Below are positions 1-11,587 of a DNA stretch of 64,000 bases, piece by piece. The notes under the pieces were generated by a model that saw only the letters and a list, made by a program, of their open reading frames with translations, was not told where the DNA came from and searched no databases. The stretch spans positions 44,144,001 to 44,208,000 of the forward strand of contig CM074512.1 of NCBI GenBank assembly GCA_037379345.1. The letters are read 5' to 3'. The position numbers were made by a program, and so were the translations under genes. The stretch's first letter is position 1, and each line of letters opens with the position of its first letter. This DNA comes from Perna viridis. Taxonomy: Eukaryota.

Positions 1-768
1 ATTTTAACTCATTGTTACTAAGGGCATGGAGGAGGGTCCTATCGTTTTTGGTGGTTTTTGCTCCTCCCCTTTTGGAAATTATGGACTAAAAATGGGGAAG
101 ATAGGTGTTATCATAATAATTGATAGGAAAAGTTTGAATGGTTGATATAATCAAAGATTCTGATGTCCATCTATTCCTTTTTTAAATTCTGTTTTAAAAT
201 TTTTTTCAGAGTAGGCTTATTTTTAATTGTTTTGGAGATAAAGGGTTATAAGATTGGGCCATGCCAAAAAGAAAAAAAAATTGAAAGTTTTATATTTAGT
301 CCAATTTTGAAAATGTTTTTTATCGGATCCCTTATAAAATTCTTGGCTTGCATATTTTAATTGTTTCAGGTATCTCTTACTGTTTTGAGTTGTAAGGGGT
401 CAAAGGACCATACCTGTAATAATAATAATCCACCTTTTTATTTATAGTCTGATTTAGTCATTTTTTTTAATGGATTCCTTATTAATTTCAATCAGATTTC
501 AGATATCTCTTATGATTTTTTTTAGTTATAAGGCACACATACCCAAAAAATGGACTTTTTTATTATTTTTTTTTTTATTTTGAAAATTTTTAATTGAATT
601 TCAAATTTTGTGCTTTATTGTATCCAAACCATTTAATATATCCATAATGAACTGTAAGTCCCTATGCATATAAATGTGTCAAAAACTAGTATTATGTCCA
701 CACTGTCACCAAGTTAACAGAGTTCAATATGCTGTGGTGGTATCATGCTGTGCTCCACGGAGCTCTTT
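1..768 (+). mobile_element. Helentron-associated (HINE-like) non-autonomous element, 3' part
   Basis: Internal repeated unit (tttcagRtatctctta...agttRtaagg at about 364 and 497) and 3' hairpin gctcc-ac-ggagc (752-763) followed by T residues. Family assignment is from recalled structure only. Confidence 0.45.
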
Positions 769-1087
769 ATTATGATAATATGATTGGCAACATGGCATGG
801 ACTGTATCATTTCATAATAAAGGCCTAATGCCACATCAGAATGGCTGTGAAACAAGTCAATACACGTATGAAGAAAAATATTAGCAAGTCAAATACATGT
901 ATGATGAAAATACGCAGATCGAATTGAACAGATTTATTTGGATGCAAATTTCGAAACTGATTAAAGCAATTGTCTTGGCCGGCTGTAAAAAGAAAGCACT
1001 CAACAATAATGAAGACAAACATATTATTGTTACAGTCCAGTTGCCTTCTTTCCCATCTGCACTGAGTAGATTTCCATTCATTAATTT

Positions 1088-1253
1088 CAGTTTTTAGTGG
1101 AGTCTTGAGTTGCTCATTTGCTTTTATTACTTTGTATGTATGATTTTAGTTAATGTATGTTCTTTGTTGTGTATGTCTGTTTTCCATGTCTGGTCTTTGT
1201 CCCTGGATTACATTCTTTTGATTACCACTATAACCTTGGTTTCCTTAATTACT
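1088..1253 (+). mobile_element. 3' end fragment of the same Penelope-like family
   Basis: Aligns by eye with about 29348-29515 and ends at the shared terminus (...ggtt(t/c)ccttRattact). Confidence 0.85.
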
Positions 1254-2673
1254 GTTCCATTACACAATTGGAAGAACAGTATCATTTAGTTTCAAATTTT
1301 GATGAAAATTGATGAATTTATAAACAATCATTAAGAATTCCAACAATAAAAAATGTTTTTTATTTTTATCTCTAGCATAGGGAATAAAATTTTGCATAAT
1401 ATATGTAGATATATACATTATATATTTTTGAACAGTGGTATAAAAATGTAGCATTCACTTAACAACTTTGAACAAAGAAAGGGAACTTAAAATAAAACAA
1501 AACATCGGACTGTTACCAAGTACATTTTACAAGTATTTCTTTCAAGGAAACATTAAAGAGATTTAAGCACTAATTACCAGGTTTCATTTTTCAACAATAT
1601 AAGAATCTAATCAATTACAGGAAAGTCAGCATAATGTTAACTCCTACATTTTTCTACACATCAAAGAAGTTTGAAATAGAAACATGTCCAATGTGTCAAT
1701 AGATTATTTACACAGGACATGCAATGTGGATGAATGAAAATAACATAAACACGGTGATAAATAACTTATAGTGGTTAAAGTGCTCAAATTTGACAATTAT
1801 CCAAGTATTTATTTAGACAGATTTACCCAAAAATATTTAGAATTCAATTGTTTTTCATGTGATTTATTCAATTGAGAAGAAAGTTCAACGTCATACCAAT
1901 CTCGCCCAAGTGACAGCTAGGTTCATTAGCTATAGAATGATCTATCATTATTTAGTACCATTGTATCAATTATTGTTTTGAACTCAATAAAAGAAAATTT
2001 ATTTTTATCGCTTGATTGGAGTAATTAGTCAACAATCACTTGACACTGGATATATTTTCAAAGACTTGCCAGTGCTGATGGTGCTATTGCTAAAATCATT
2101 CTTAAATGTTCAAATTTAACTTGTCTTTTTAAAAAAAAAAACTGTGTAATTATTTTAGAGTTTTAAATTAGTTTAATGGTATACACCTGCAAGTATTTAA
2201 GTAATTTTTGGAAAATTGTTTTTTCTCCAATTTGTATGTACTGAATATAATGAAAGAGTTGAGTGATTCTGATACCCATTCTAAATTGTTCAAACTTTTC
2301 CATTTAAAGATCTGCACCTTTTTATTGCCTTTGTTCATGTACTTTTAAATTAAGTTAAAGACAAAATTGTTGCAAATCAAAAGAAACAATTTATAAATAT
2401 TTATTGCAAAATGTTTTTTTTTCTGCTATTGAACTCAATTAGGTATTTTTTAAGAGGCCATTAGGTGCTTACTTTATATGTTTTTCGTGCACAACTTACA
2501 GAGTTTAAGAGTAAAATCATGAAAAAAAGTGTGTGTAATAGTATTGTTTTAGTTAAAAAAGTATTATGTCCTAAGATTCCAAATTATAATGAATGTAAAA
2601 TTTTTAACCACCTCAGTTGTCTTGAAGTTGTTGCTCTTCTCAAGTGTAGGAGGTGATTTGATAGATCCCTTAA

Positions 2674-2885
2674 GGAGGTAGACCTAGGATAAGTGACACA
2701 ACTCTTAGAAGTTATTGGAACGTTTGTATTCAGCATTTTACATCAATCTTATGTAAGCATCAAAGTAACATGGACTGATTTCCTTCTGTTTCAAATAAAA
2801 GTTTGATAGGCTTTGGTGAAATTGAATATAATACAAACACATCATTGATTTCAAGAGTTATGTCCCTTACCTTAGGTGTGCCTCC
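2674..2885. mobile_element. ~212 bp MITE, Kolobok-type (TTAA TSD, GG...CC termini)
   Basis: ttaa|GGAGGTAGACCTAGGATAAGTGACACA ... TATGTCCCTTACCTTAGGTGTGCCTCC|ttaa. Imperfect TIRs of about 27 bp; two more copies in the window. Confidence 0.85.
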
Positions 2886-2924
2886 TTAAAGAACCACACC
2901 TAAGACATTTAAGTTGGCAGTCAC

Positions 2925-3070
2925 CACTTTTCTGCCAAGCATGTGGTATTATGGGGTAGAGTGATGACTGGTGAACTTGGTTGCATATCTAATTAAGGAC
3001 TATTGCTTCTATGAGCTAGCACAAAAAAAAATGGGCACAACTTGTCCAACTAGTGTGAAGAAGGGTCTGT
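2925..3070 (+). mobile_element. Degenerate SINE fragment (Meta-domain-like)
   Basis: ggactattgcttctatgagctagcac and ttctgccaagcatgtggtatta resemble bivalve MetaSINE core sequence as I recall it; not searched. Confidence 0.35.
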
Positions 3071-3361
3071 TTGAATGGTCAGACATTATAGTTCAGAAAT
3101 GAATAAATTATCTGTCATTGATCCTTAAAAGGTGATGTTTTTAAAATAAAAAGTTGTTATTATTGAAAATTATCAAGTATATAGATATTAGTTTGAAACT
3201 GTAGAATTTTGAATTTTTTTATGACCTAAAAAGTTTCAGTCTAGAAATTATATTCCATCATGTCTAATTAGCAAATTTTATGGTTTCAAAGTAAGTCATT
3301 ATTAGTCGAGACACAGTTTAATGCACAAATAAAAACAAATATATTCATTTTTCATTTATAG

Positions 3362-3513
3362 ATGAAAGGGGACCTAATTATCAGTGGTGATTCTGGGGGT
3401 CATGTGTACTTTTGGAACAAGGAAACAGGAAACACAGAAGCAGCTATTCAAGCACATGATGCACAGATCCATAAAGTTTGTTTCCATAAAGGAAGATTTT
3501 TTACTGCCTCAAG
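3362..3513 (+). CDS. WD40-repeat protein, internal exon (gene begins upstream of the window or in unrecognised exons)
   Basis: Acceptor ttttcatttatag ends at 3361; donor AG|gtaggt at 3514. Translation MKGDLIISGDSGGHVYFWNKETGNTEAAIQAHDAQIHKVCFHKGRFFTAS is a WD40 repeat (xSGxxDGxxxxWN...AH). 152 nt, ends in phase 2. Confidence 0.9.
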
Positions 3514-4002
3514 GTAGGTTATACGTTTACTACATTCATCTTTTCTTATTTTTTTTGTTTGTAGAGTAAAAACCTTTTCTTTATAATCTAAACCTACCAA
3601 TATAATGTCATTGGTACTTATGTATTCATTTGTATTATATGAACTAAGTTTAAAGTACTGCTCAACTTAATAATAGGGTAGAAAGTGGGACACCAATATT
3701 CCAGCATTCTTTGCTGAATATCATTCAGATGTCCCAAAGTAATTTCTATGTTTTGTCTTTTTATGTCATAATACTGGAAAGATAATATATATTTGTATTT
3801 TTGAAAAAAGAAGTTTCTCAAACATTTCAGGGGTATTCTGGAATCTTGATTTAATTGGTCAATGACCCTTCAGTTTAATTATCAAGAATCTATGGAGAAA
3901 AGCAAAAAGAGCATTTCAACACTGATTTTTTTTTTATGAAATATTACTAAATATTTTATGGCCATATAACATCATGTTTTAGATTTTTTTTTTAAATTTC
4001 AG

Positions 4003-4090
4003 TGATTCTACAGTAAGAGAATGGGACCTTATGTCAATGACAAGTGTGAGGGTTTTACAGGGACATAAGGGGCCTGTGAAGGATATTAAG
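4003..4090 (+). CDS. WD40-repeat protein, penultimate coding exon
   Basis: Acceptor tttcag ends at 4002; donor AAG|gtttgt at 4091. Phase-compatible with the previous exon: (S)DSTVREWDLMSMTSVRVLQGHKGPVKDIK, containing the WD and GH signature dipeptides. Confidence 0.92.
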
Positions 4091-4121
4091 GTTTGTTTTT
4101 TTTTAAATTAAACTTCATGAA

Positions 4122-4331
4122 GGAGGTAGACCTAGGGTAAGGGACATAACTTGAAATCAGTGATATGTTTGTATCATATTCAATTTCACCAAAGCCTTTC
4201 AAGCTTTCATTGGAAACAGAATAAAATCAATTCAAGTTACTTTGATGCTTACATGAGATTGATGTAGAATGCTGAATTCAAATGTTCCTTTGATTTGTAA
4301 CAGATGTGTCCCTTACCTTAAGTCTACCTCC
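4122..4331. mobile_element. Same MITE, opposite orientation
   Basis: GGAGGTAGACCTAGGGTAAGGGACATA ... TGTGTCCCTTACCTTAAGTCTACCTCC. The interior is the reverse complement of 2674-2885; TSDs are degenerate (tgaa/ttat). Confidence 0.85.
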
Positions 4332-4472
4332 TTATATTGACCCTTTGTTAATATACAACTTCAACTTTGTATATAAATATCTTTGGAAAATTGAAAAAAA
4401 TATTGTCAGTTGAATAAGTCTAGGTATTGACATGATAAATCGCTGTTCTAATGGTATAAATATATTAACTTT

Positions 4473-4745
4473 TCATAGTTTTCCTTTTCTCTTTCGTCTA
4501 TCCCGGATTTGACTTTTTATGAGCAACTCGGCGGGTGTTTCTAGAAAAGCAGAGGATGCTTACCCTGTCGGTGCACCTGGTCCATGCTCCCAGGTTTTAG
4601 CGAAGTCTCAGTTGCTCATTTACTTTTGTTTCTTTGTATGTATTGTTTTAGTTACTTTATGTTCTTGGTTGTTTTCCATGTGTAGTCTTTGTCCCTGGAT
4701 TACATTCTTCTGATTTCCACTAGATTCTTGGTTCCCTTGATTACT
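4473..4745 (+). mobile_element. 3' UTR copy of the Penelope-like family
   Basis: Begins at the element's ORF stop (tcatag) and aligns with about 59678-59945, including atgagcaactcggcgggtgtttctagaaaagcagagg. Confidence 0.9.
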
Positions 4746-5639
4746 GTTTCAGTTATCTAATTTCCGCAATGGTCAAATAAGTGGTACCAGTTACTATATT
4801 AATTTAAAAGAATCTGCAAAAATTAACAACAAAAATCAGTATATTTATAGTTATTTATAATGTCTTCAACTCTCAGAATAAACCAAATTGTTGTTCTAAT
4901 ACAATATAACAAGAATATTGAATATGTCAAACTCCACCAACACACTGGTTATTGTAAAAAGACAAATCAGATTTTTTGCTTTGCTTTCATTCATTATTTT
5001 TTAGAAACTAATTAGTTGTGCATATAACTTGCCATTCTATCATCATTGTAACAAAGGGTCAGGAAATTTTGACAGCACATGTCGGTCATTTTATCAAATC
5101 TCACCAATTGTTTGTGTCAGTCTTTTACCTGCTCAGATCAAGAATAAACTTTAAAAACCCTTTTTTGTAACACATATACTAGATTATTGGCATTCGGTAT
5201 TTGAACTTTGTACTGACAAATTATCACCACATTTAAAGGTTGTAGTGGTAGTATAAATGTCATATGCTGTGTTGCAATAAGGAGAAATGCAAGACATCCC
5301 TTATTTTTTTTTTTTCATTTTTCATTGTAATTTGGCAGTATTTGTAGTCTTTCTACCTCCCATGGAAGGTCTGATTCTGCCTATAGAATGAAGCATAGGT
5401 GCAGCAGTCCACATGTTTGTTTTTGTGTATGCTGGACACAGTAAGTAAGGGCTTCGTCAAAATAATAAGGCTTTTGTAATAACGACTGCAAATGGCACCA
5501 TCAAAAACTATGAATTTTGCATTTTTGAGCAGATATCTGTTTAAAGCGCACATAGAGATTCAAACTTGTTCAAACCTTTGTGATAAATAACATGTCCGAA
5601 ACAGAAACTCAGCTTGTTGTGAAAAGCTACTTAGAGTAT

Positions 5640-6048
5640 TCAGACATCTGGCCAGTGGTTGGATGCTCAGCCCACTGGGCTGTTAAACAGTGTACTCCTT
5701 GTGCTTGAGTAGGGGAAGCTCATGTTTCAGGGGGTTGCCAGGCCATAAGAGGAAAACCTGACCATGAACAAGTGGGCCAACGTGTTTGGAGGGCATCACA
5801 TTTAGTGCATGTTACAAACTCCAATTATAGTGTTCTTTCAGAGTAGACTCCTAAGAGCCACTACAGTTGGCAAACTTTGCCGTCCTATTTATTCTCCCAT
5901 TTTCCTGTGGCAGCCCCAATTGAGCATTTTTTACCATTCGTCTCTATTTCAAAATATATTTCTTACAGATTTACCTTGTTCTCGTCCTGAATATGCATGA
6001 AATATTTTCCACTCACTGTTATACAATCAATCAATCAATCAATCAATC
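5640..6048 (+). mobile_element. SINE-like retroposon with (CAAT)n tail
   Basis: GC-richer body ending ttaccttgttctcgtcctgaatatgcatgaaatatt...(caat)6, similar to bivalve SINE tails I recall. The 5' boundary is approximate. Confidence 0.55.
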
Positions 6049-7717
6049 TAATAACTACTACAATAGCTTCTTAAAAAAACTACGAATTTGGTGTTTAATG
6101 GCGGATGTCTATTTCAACGGTACTCGGCTTTAAACTGGTTCCTGAATTCAAATGTCTGCCTCACCACTTGCAAGGAAGTCCTATTGACAAGAACTAGAAA
6201 AATCAATGTTGTTCGTGTGTATTTTTGGTAGATCCTGAAGTGTTCCTTAAATTGCATTTTATTTCAGTTGCTATATATTTATATTTGATTCTGAATAACT
6301 TCATCTACATCCCTTAATAGTACCGTTGACTTTCAGTTTTGAGATTAGTGTATAAACAATTATTTACGTTCTGTTAAAAATCTTTAACTTAGGTGTAAAC
6401 AAAACCAAACGTTCCTTTATAATTAAGAAAAATAATGCACATGAAGTGATTGATAGTTAGTGCCTGATCCGTAATACTAGAATAGTTTGTAGTACAATTG
6501 GATGCCAGCACGTGAATTCAGAAAATGAATGACAATGTCACCTTAATCAGTATGTACTTTTTCTGTAAGATCAACAATGTGTTAATTGGTGTTATTGCCA
6601 ATTTACATCCATGGGATTGAAATCTTTGTCAGAATGATGAATAGGGAGTATTATATCCTTCAATTCGTCTTGGTCTTTTTTTTTATGTTTCTCCCCTCAC
6701 CTGCGTGATAGAGCATACAATTCAAATTTAGAATTATGGGCGTAGCAAGTTGTTTTTCGCTCACCCCATCTGTCTTCAGTACCACCACTGACCCCTAATA
6801 TGTTTAAACGCTTTTAATTTTGATGTTTTTCACAGTCAATTAGATAGAAACATTGTGAACAGGTACATATAAGTCTTGGTTCATATATTGTTTTTGCCAC
6901 CTTGCACACCTGGTGGCTAATAACATATTATAAAGTACCGGGGAACTTTAAAATCTATTTACTTGCCATCCATTATAATTTGCACTTGTTGCTTACGCGA
7001 ATGTATCCGATGTTAACTTTCAGTTAAAATGTAAGGATCGTACCTTTAAATACAAAATTTATTATAATTTCGATGTGTTATACACGTGTTTCAAGGAATT
7101 ACCTCAGAATCAAATATATTTGTACCTTAGATTCGCACATGATGTTGATGCTAGTATTATCCAAAACTTAACGGAACTTAGTGTTTTTTTTTAAATATTT
7201 GTCCGTACTTTTTTTCGATAATATTATTATACTCCTTTTCCGTCTATTCACAAGTTGCGTTATGTGACTTTTGGTACCAAAAGAGGGCACGCCTTTACAT
7301 GTCATAGGACCGGAGCTTCTCTAGTGTACTTGTGGACTATATATATGAATGCTTCAGACCTTTCCCTTCAGATTCACTCGGTGTATGCTCTAAATATTTA
7401 GCAATTTTCTCATGTATAGAGTCGTCTTAGTGTTCATTTGTTACTATGGTATCTGTAAGTTTTTATTCCAATTCATTGGTCGAAGATATTTCTTGAACGC
7501 AACTTGTTTGAGACTGGGTAACGAACTTTGCCGATTTTTATAGAAAATCAAAATAAAAAAATGAGAGTTACGAGATTTTCGTGCATTTTACATACTTTAA
7601 CCGGCGACGGTGTAGGGGACATGTTGATACATGCGGCAATATTTACTTCATATTATTTCTTTGACATACTATTATCGAACATCATTTTACGTTGATCGTC
7701 ACATACAGATGATCTCT

Positions 7718-8014
7718 TGTTTTTCAACTCTGCCACTTGAAGTTACTAGGTATTATGTGATATAAGTTGCACGTCGTTCCGTCTGTCCGTCACCAGATGG
7801 AAATTTTAGAAGATATTGAATGATCTTTTTTTAAACTTTGTAGTTATTGAGCATCATAAAATACAGATCAAATTTGATTTTTACTTTGATCGGATTATTT
7901 ACACAAAAGTTACCCCTAAAAAAATTACAACATGGCAGGGTATCATTAGATGCCCTATTTTCAAAAAAAAAAAAAAAATTTGATTAAGTCTCTATGCTGT
8001 CGGTGATCTCTGTT
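7718..8014 (+). mobile_element. HINE-like element remnant
   Basis: Poly-T start, subterminal inverted repeat ctctgcca / tggcaggg, and a cgtc-type microrepeat (ccgtctgtccgtc). Confidence 0.45.
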
Positions 8015-11000
8015 TCAACATCCGCCACATGTATACTTAACTCATAATTGGCTTGAAGAATTTATTGACATGATTGTGCCATACTGCGTAACAGGTTATT
8101 CTCATGTAATAAAAATTCCGTAGAACAATTACTTGTCATAGATGGATTGACGACATTGAATTGTAACAGGTATATAGCATTATGTTTTTATAAAATTTAT
8201 GTCCCACTTCTCCGCCTACAATACTTTTTACTGCTATCTCTTGTCACATCGTGTACATAAAGCAAAGAAACATCTGTGTCTATGTCATAGACTGTTTGTA
8301 CCAATTTCCACCCAGTTTTATTGCAAATATTTTTTTTTTTTTTTTTTTTTGTAATTTTCGCCCCTTCTTTAACCTCTGTCAAGGAAGCAATGTTTTTGTT
8401 TGTTCCTGAACAATTTAGCGATCATATCAACATATGTTGTGAATCAGATTTATGTATGGTTTCTTCTGACAATGTAAATAAAATTAAGCATGACGAAATG
8501 ATTTTATTTATTGTCTTTGTTTCAATCATATTTTACCTCAAAATATGTTGTTGCTTCACAGTAATACCACAAATATTCCGTTTTATGGATTGAAACAACA
8601 TATTCAAAGTTTTTTAAATGTTCGTTTGTGTAAGTGGACAATTTGTCATGCTGACGAATCTTACTTCCTATATGTTCAACACGGACTCAGAAGTTACCCT
8701 TTTTGTACCATTTTACACGATGATCTTAACATCAGTGAGACCATTCTTGCAAAACGTAGTCGTTGGCATTATCAATTTATTAAAAACAATAACTATCTTT
8801 AAAAATAAAGATAGTCGAGGCTGTAAAATTTGTTCTTTTACTCATAATTTTCTACTTTTCATTCAGGAAATAACACATGGCACGCAATTTCAATTTTTTA
8901 AATTTTCGATAGTTTTTTCGAACGCAACTAAGTTATTAGTATTTGGCCAATCGGGAAACAGAATTGTGATCAGGCGACTTGCGTTTCCATGGAAGAGCGT
9001 CTTTAAGGTCAAAGGGTAAAAAGCGAAACTATACCGACTGCGTCGGGAAAACCCGTTTAATCTGTTTAGTATCGACGTGACTATTGAAAAATAAACAAGC
9101 AGGTAGACTTAAAAACGTACATGGTATATTATGATCGTTAATTTCAAACGTATTTGTTGAACATCCTCCTTGACTCATTGTTTTTACGTTTTTGAAATTC
9201 TACTCATTGTTGAAATACATCATATCGGGTTATCCCAATCTTAAACTGGAAACTTTTATCTGAATGAATTTAAATATCAAAGGAGCTTAAAATGAAATTC
9301 GGTCGTGTTCATTTAGAAAACAAATTATTTTGCTATGCTTAGTTTTTATTTTGGTGATAAATACCTTTGCCCTTCTTTTTAAGGCATGGACTTTGTGGAT
9401 ATTTATTTATGCTTTGAATTTTGCTTCTCTATTTTGTACTTTAAATTTGTCTTCCCTTTCTGTAATGCATGACACGTTTGATGACATGGAAATGAAACTC
9501 CATATACATGGCTTGTCAATCTAACTTCGTATTGCTTGACAGGGGGAAATCGTCAGTAAGAATGACTTCGTGAAATTAACATGTGGTCTTATTTAAAGAA
9601 AAAAACCTTGTGGTAACACGTGAAGGAACATCCTTGACATTATTGGTTTGCTAATTTTTTCTTGGAGGTTCTAATGAATCCCAACTGTTCCTTTTATAAT
9701 TCATGCAGGTACGATCCTGTATAAAGAAGTCCGTTATAAGTAATACAAAACAATCAGAAGGACCTTTTACAAGTTTCAATATGGTTTGCTGCATACTTAA
9801 AAAAATAGTACATTTTTTCCTGTGTAGCATGCCAATTCTTCAATTTTTGCGTGCGTGCTTTGTATCATTAAAGTTACGTTTCACGGAGAAATTCTTGTGA
9901 AAATTGCCTTTTGAAATATCAAATTAAAAAAATGTGTTTTTTTTTTTTAGAACAATCTGCATCTATCGATATATCTCAGTTGAAAATATCCCTGACAGTT
10001 TTGGTTAGCCAACTTTCCTTGACTGTGGTTACGCAGGCAATTTGAAATTTTCATTTGCCCTCACAATTAGAATAACCGACCTTTTAAGATACAGGTGGCA
10101 TAGTTCACTGTGTATTTGATGTCTTAATTGATACATACCGACACCAGAAGTAAAGTCTTTAATTTCTCCTCATGATGCACCCAATGCCCTTCTAAATTGG
10201 ATACACGTTAATGTCTATATACAGCTCTGCTAGCTCTGACTTCGTTCGTTTGTGTAAATGACATTTACATTCGATATTAAGAGACAAATGTACAATGTAA
10301 GACAATCTATTGTCCAACATCTTACACCTCAGTTTTCATTATTTCTCTATAGGAGGGCTAGAATCTATCCTAGTATCACTGAATCCTTTTGGCGTTTAGT
10401 CTTTTATGACATGAATGGAGTGTTTGGTTTATAAAAAAAATGCGTGGTTATTTCCCTTTCTACGTTTGGTTTGATCATTTGAGCTGTCTTTTGCTGAACT
10501 GTAACATAATTTTACGAGTCATTTTATTTTGTACATATATTTCTTTTTTCTATGTTGACTTCTTTTACCACTTTTTCAACGAATGCCTTATTTAGTTGAT
10601 GCTAATGGGAATAGCTCTAAATATGTATCCAATGCTATTTTATACTATTGTAGCTGAAGTGAAATTATTTTAGATGTTGTTAAAAACTATTTCAAAGACT
10701 TTTGCAATTCTAATAGTTTGTTAAAAACCTTATCGTATCCTAAATCACCTATGACTGTGCATGAAAAGAGATGGTATTTTTCGGTCTTCCCTCACGATTA
10801 AGTCCGATCTAGTTATTTTAAGGTGTTCACGATCACTGGATACTTATTTATCACGCGTAAGTCGTGGTCTCAGCCTTTTGTTGGTGAGTTAATATTTCCT
10901 GTCTAAATTGAATTATTTTGCTATTTCTTTTCATACGTCATAATGGACTTGTTGCTTTGTCAGTTTGCATATTACCGTTATTGATGTTTTCTTTTTAAAT

Positions 11001-11230
11001 GATTTTAGTTTGATGGATACGGATGAGATTAAAAAAAATTATATTTTGGAGGATACTAGTAGATGTTTTCTTAGGGTTAATTTCAGCTGAAACTTGTGTT
11101 TGTCGGTATATGACCAGTGATTTGTCCTAATTTTAGGACACCCCACTATCACACTGAAAATGCTCTTTTATATTGATTAAGAATAACTCTTTTGATCGAT
11201 ATATATTTATTTAAGTACAGATCAGTGTTA

Positions 11231-11587
11231 GAACCAGGCAGACGTTTATGAATAGTGATTCATACATTTTTTAATCCCAAATATTTTTTTGATTGGAACT
11301 CATTCAGTAGACCTCATAGAAACTGTATTCAAAAATCAAAGTGCAAATGAAAGTTTCCCAATTAGAGATATTGACACTTAAAATTTTGTTACATTTTACT
11401 ATAGAAAAGTGCGGGAAAATGTCCCGCCAAAATTTTTACACTGTAACAGTCAGAAAATGTTTCACCGTATATAGCAAGTCCGAGGAAATCACCATCGGAA
11501 GATTTCTTTTTAGGACGTAACTAATGTATATTTTGAACAGTTTCATTGATTATCTTGAGATATGATGAATCTCCCCCTGCCTGGTTT
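11231..11587. mobile_element. ~357 bp MITE-like element (tta flanks, possibly PIF/Harbinger-type)
   Basis: Terminal inverted repeats aaccaggcag (11232-11241) and ctgcctggtt (11577-11586); tta on both sides. Confidence 0.55.

Noticed and set aside
2062-2100. RLASADGAIAK frame resembling an earlier WD40 exon
   Set aside because: No convincing splice sites or WD/GH signature.
8321-8593. ORF containing CCESDLC, resembling a Ly6/uPAR C-terminal motif
   Set aside because: It lacks the terminal CN and the other LU-domain cysteines, and no compatible exons were found.
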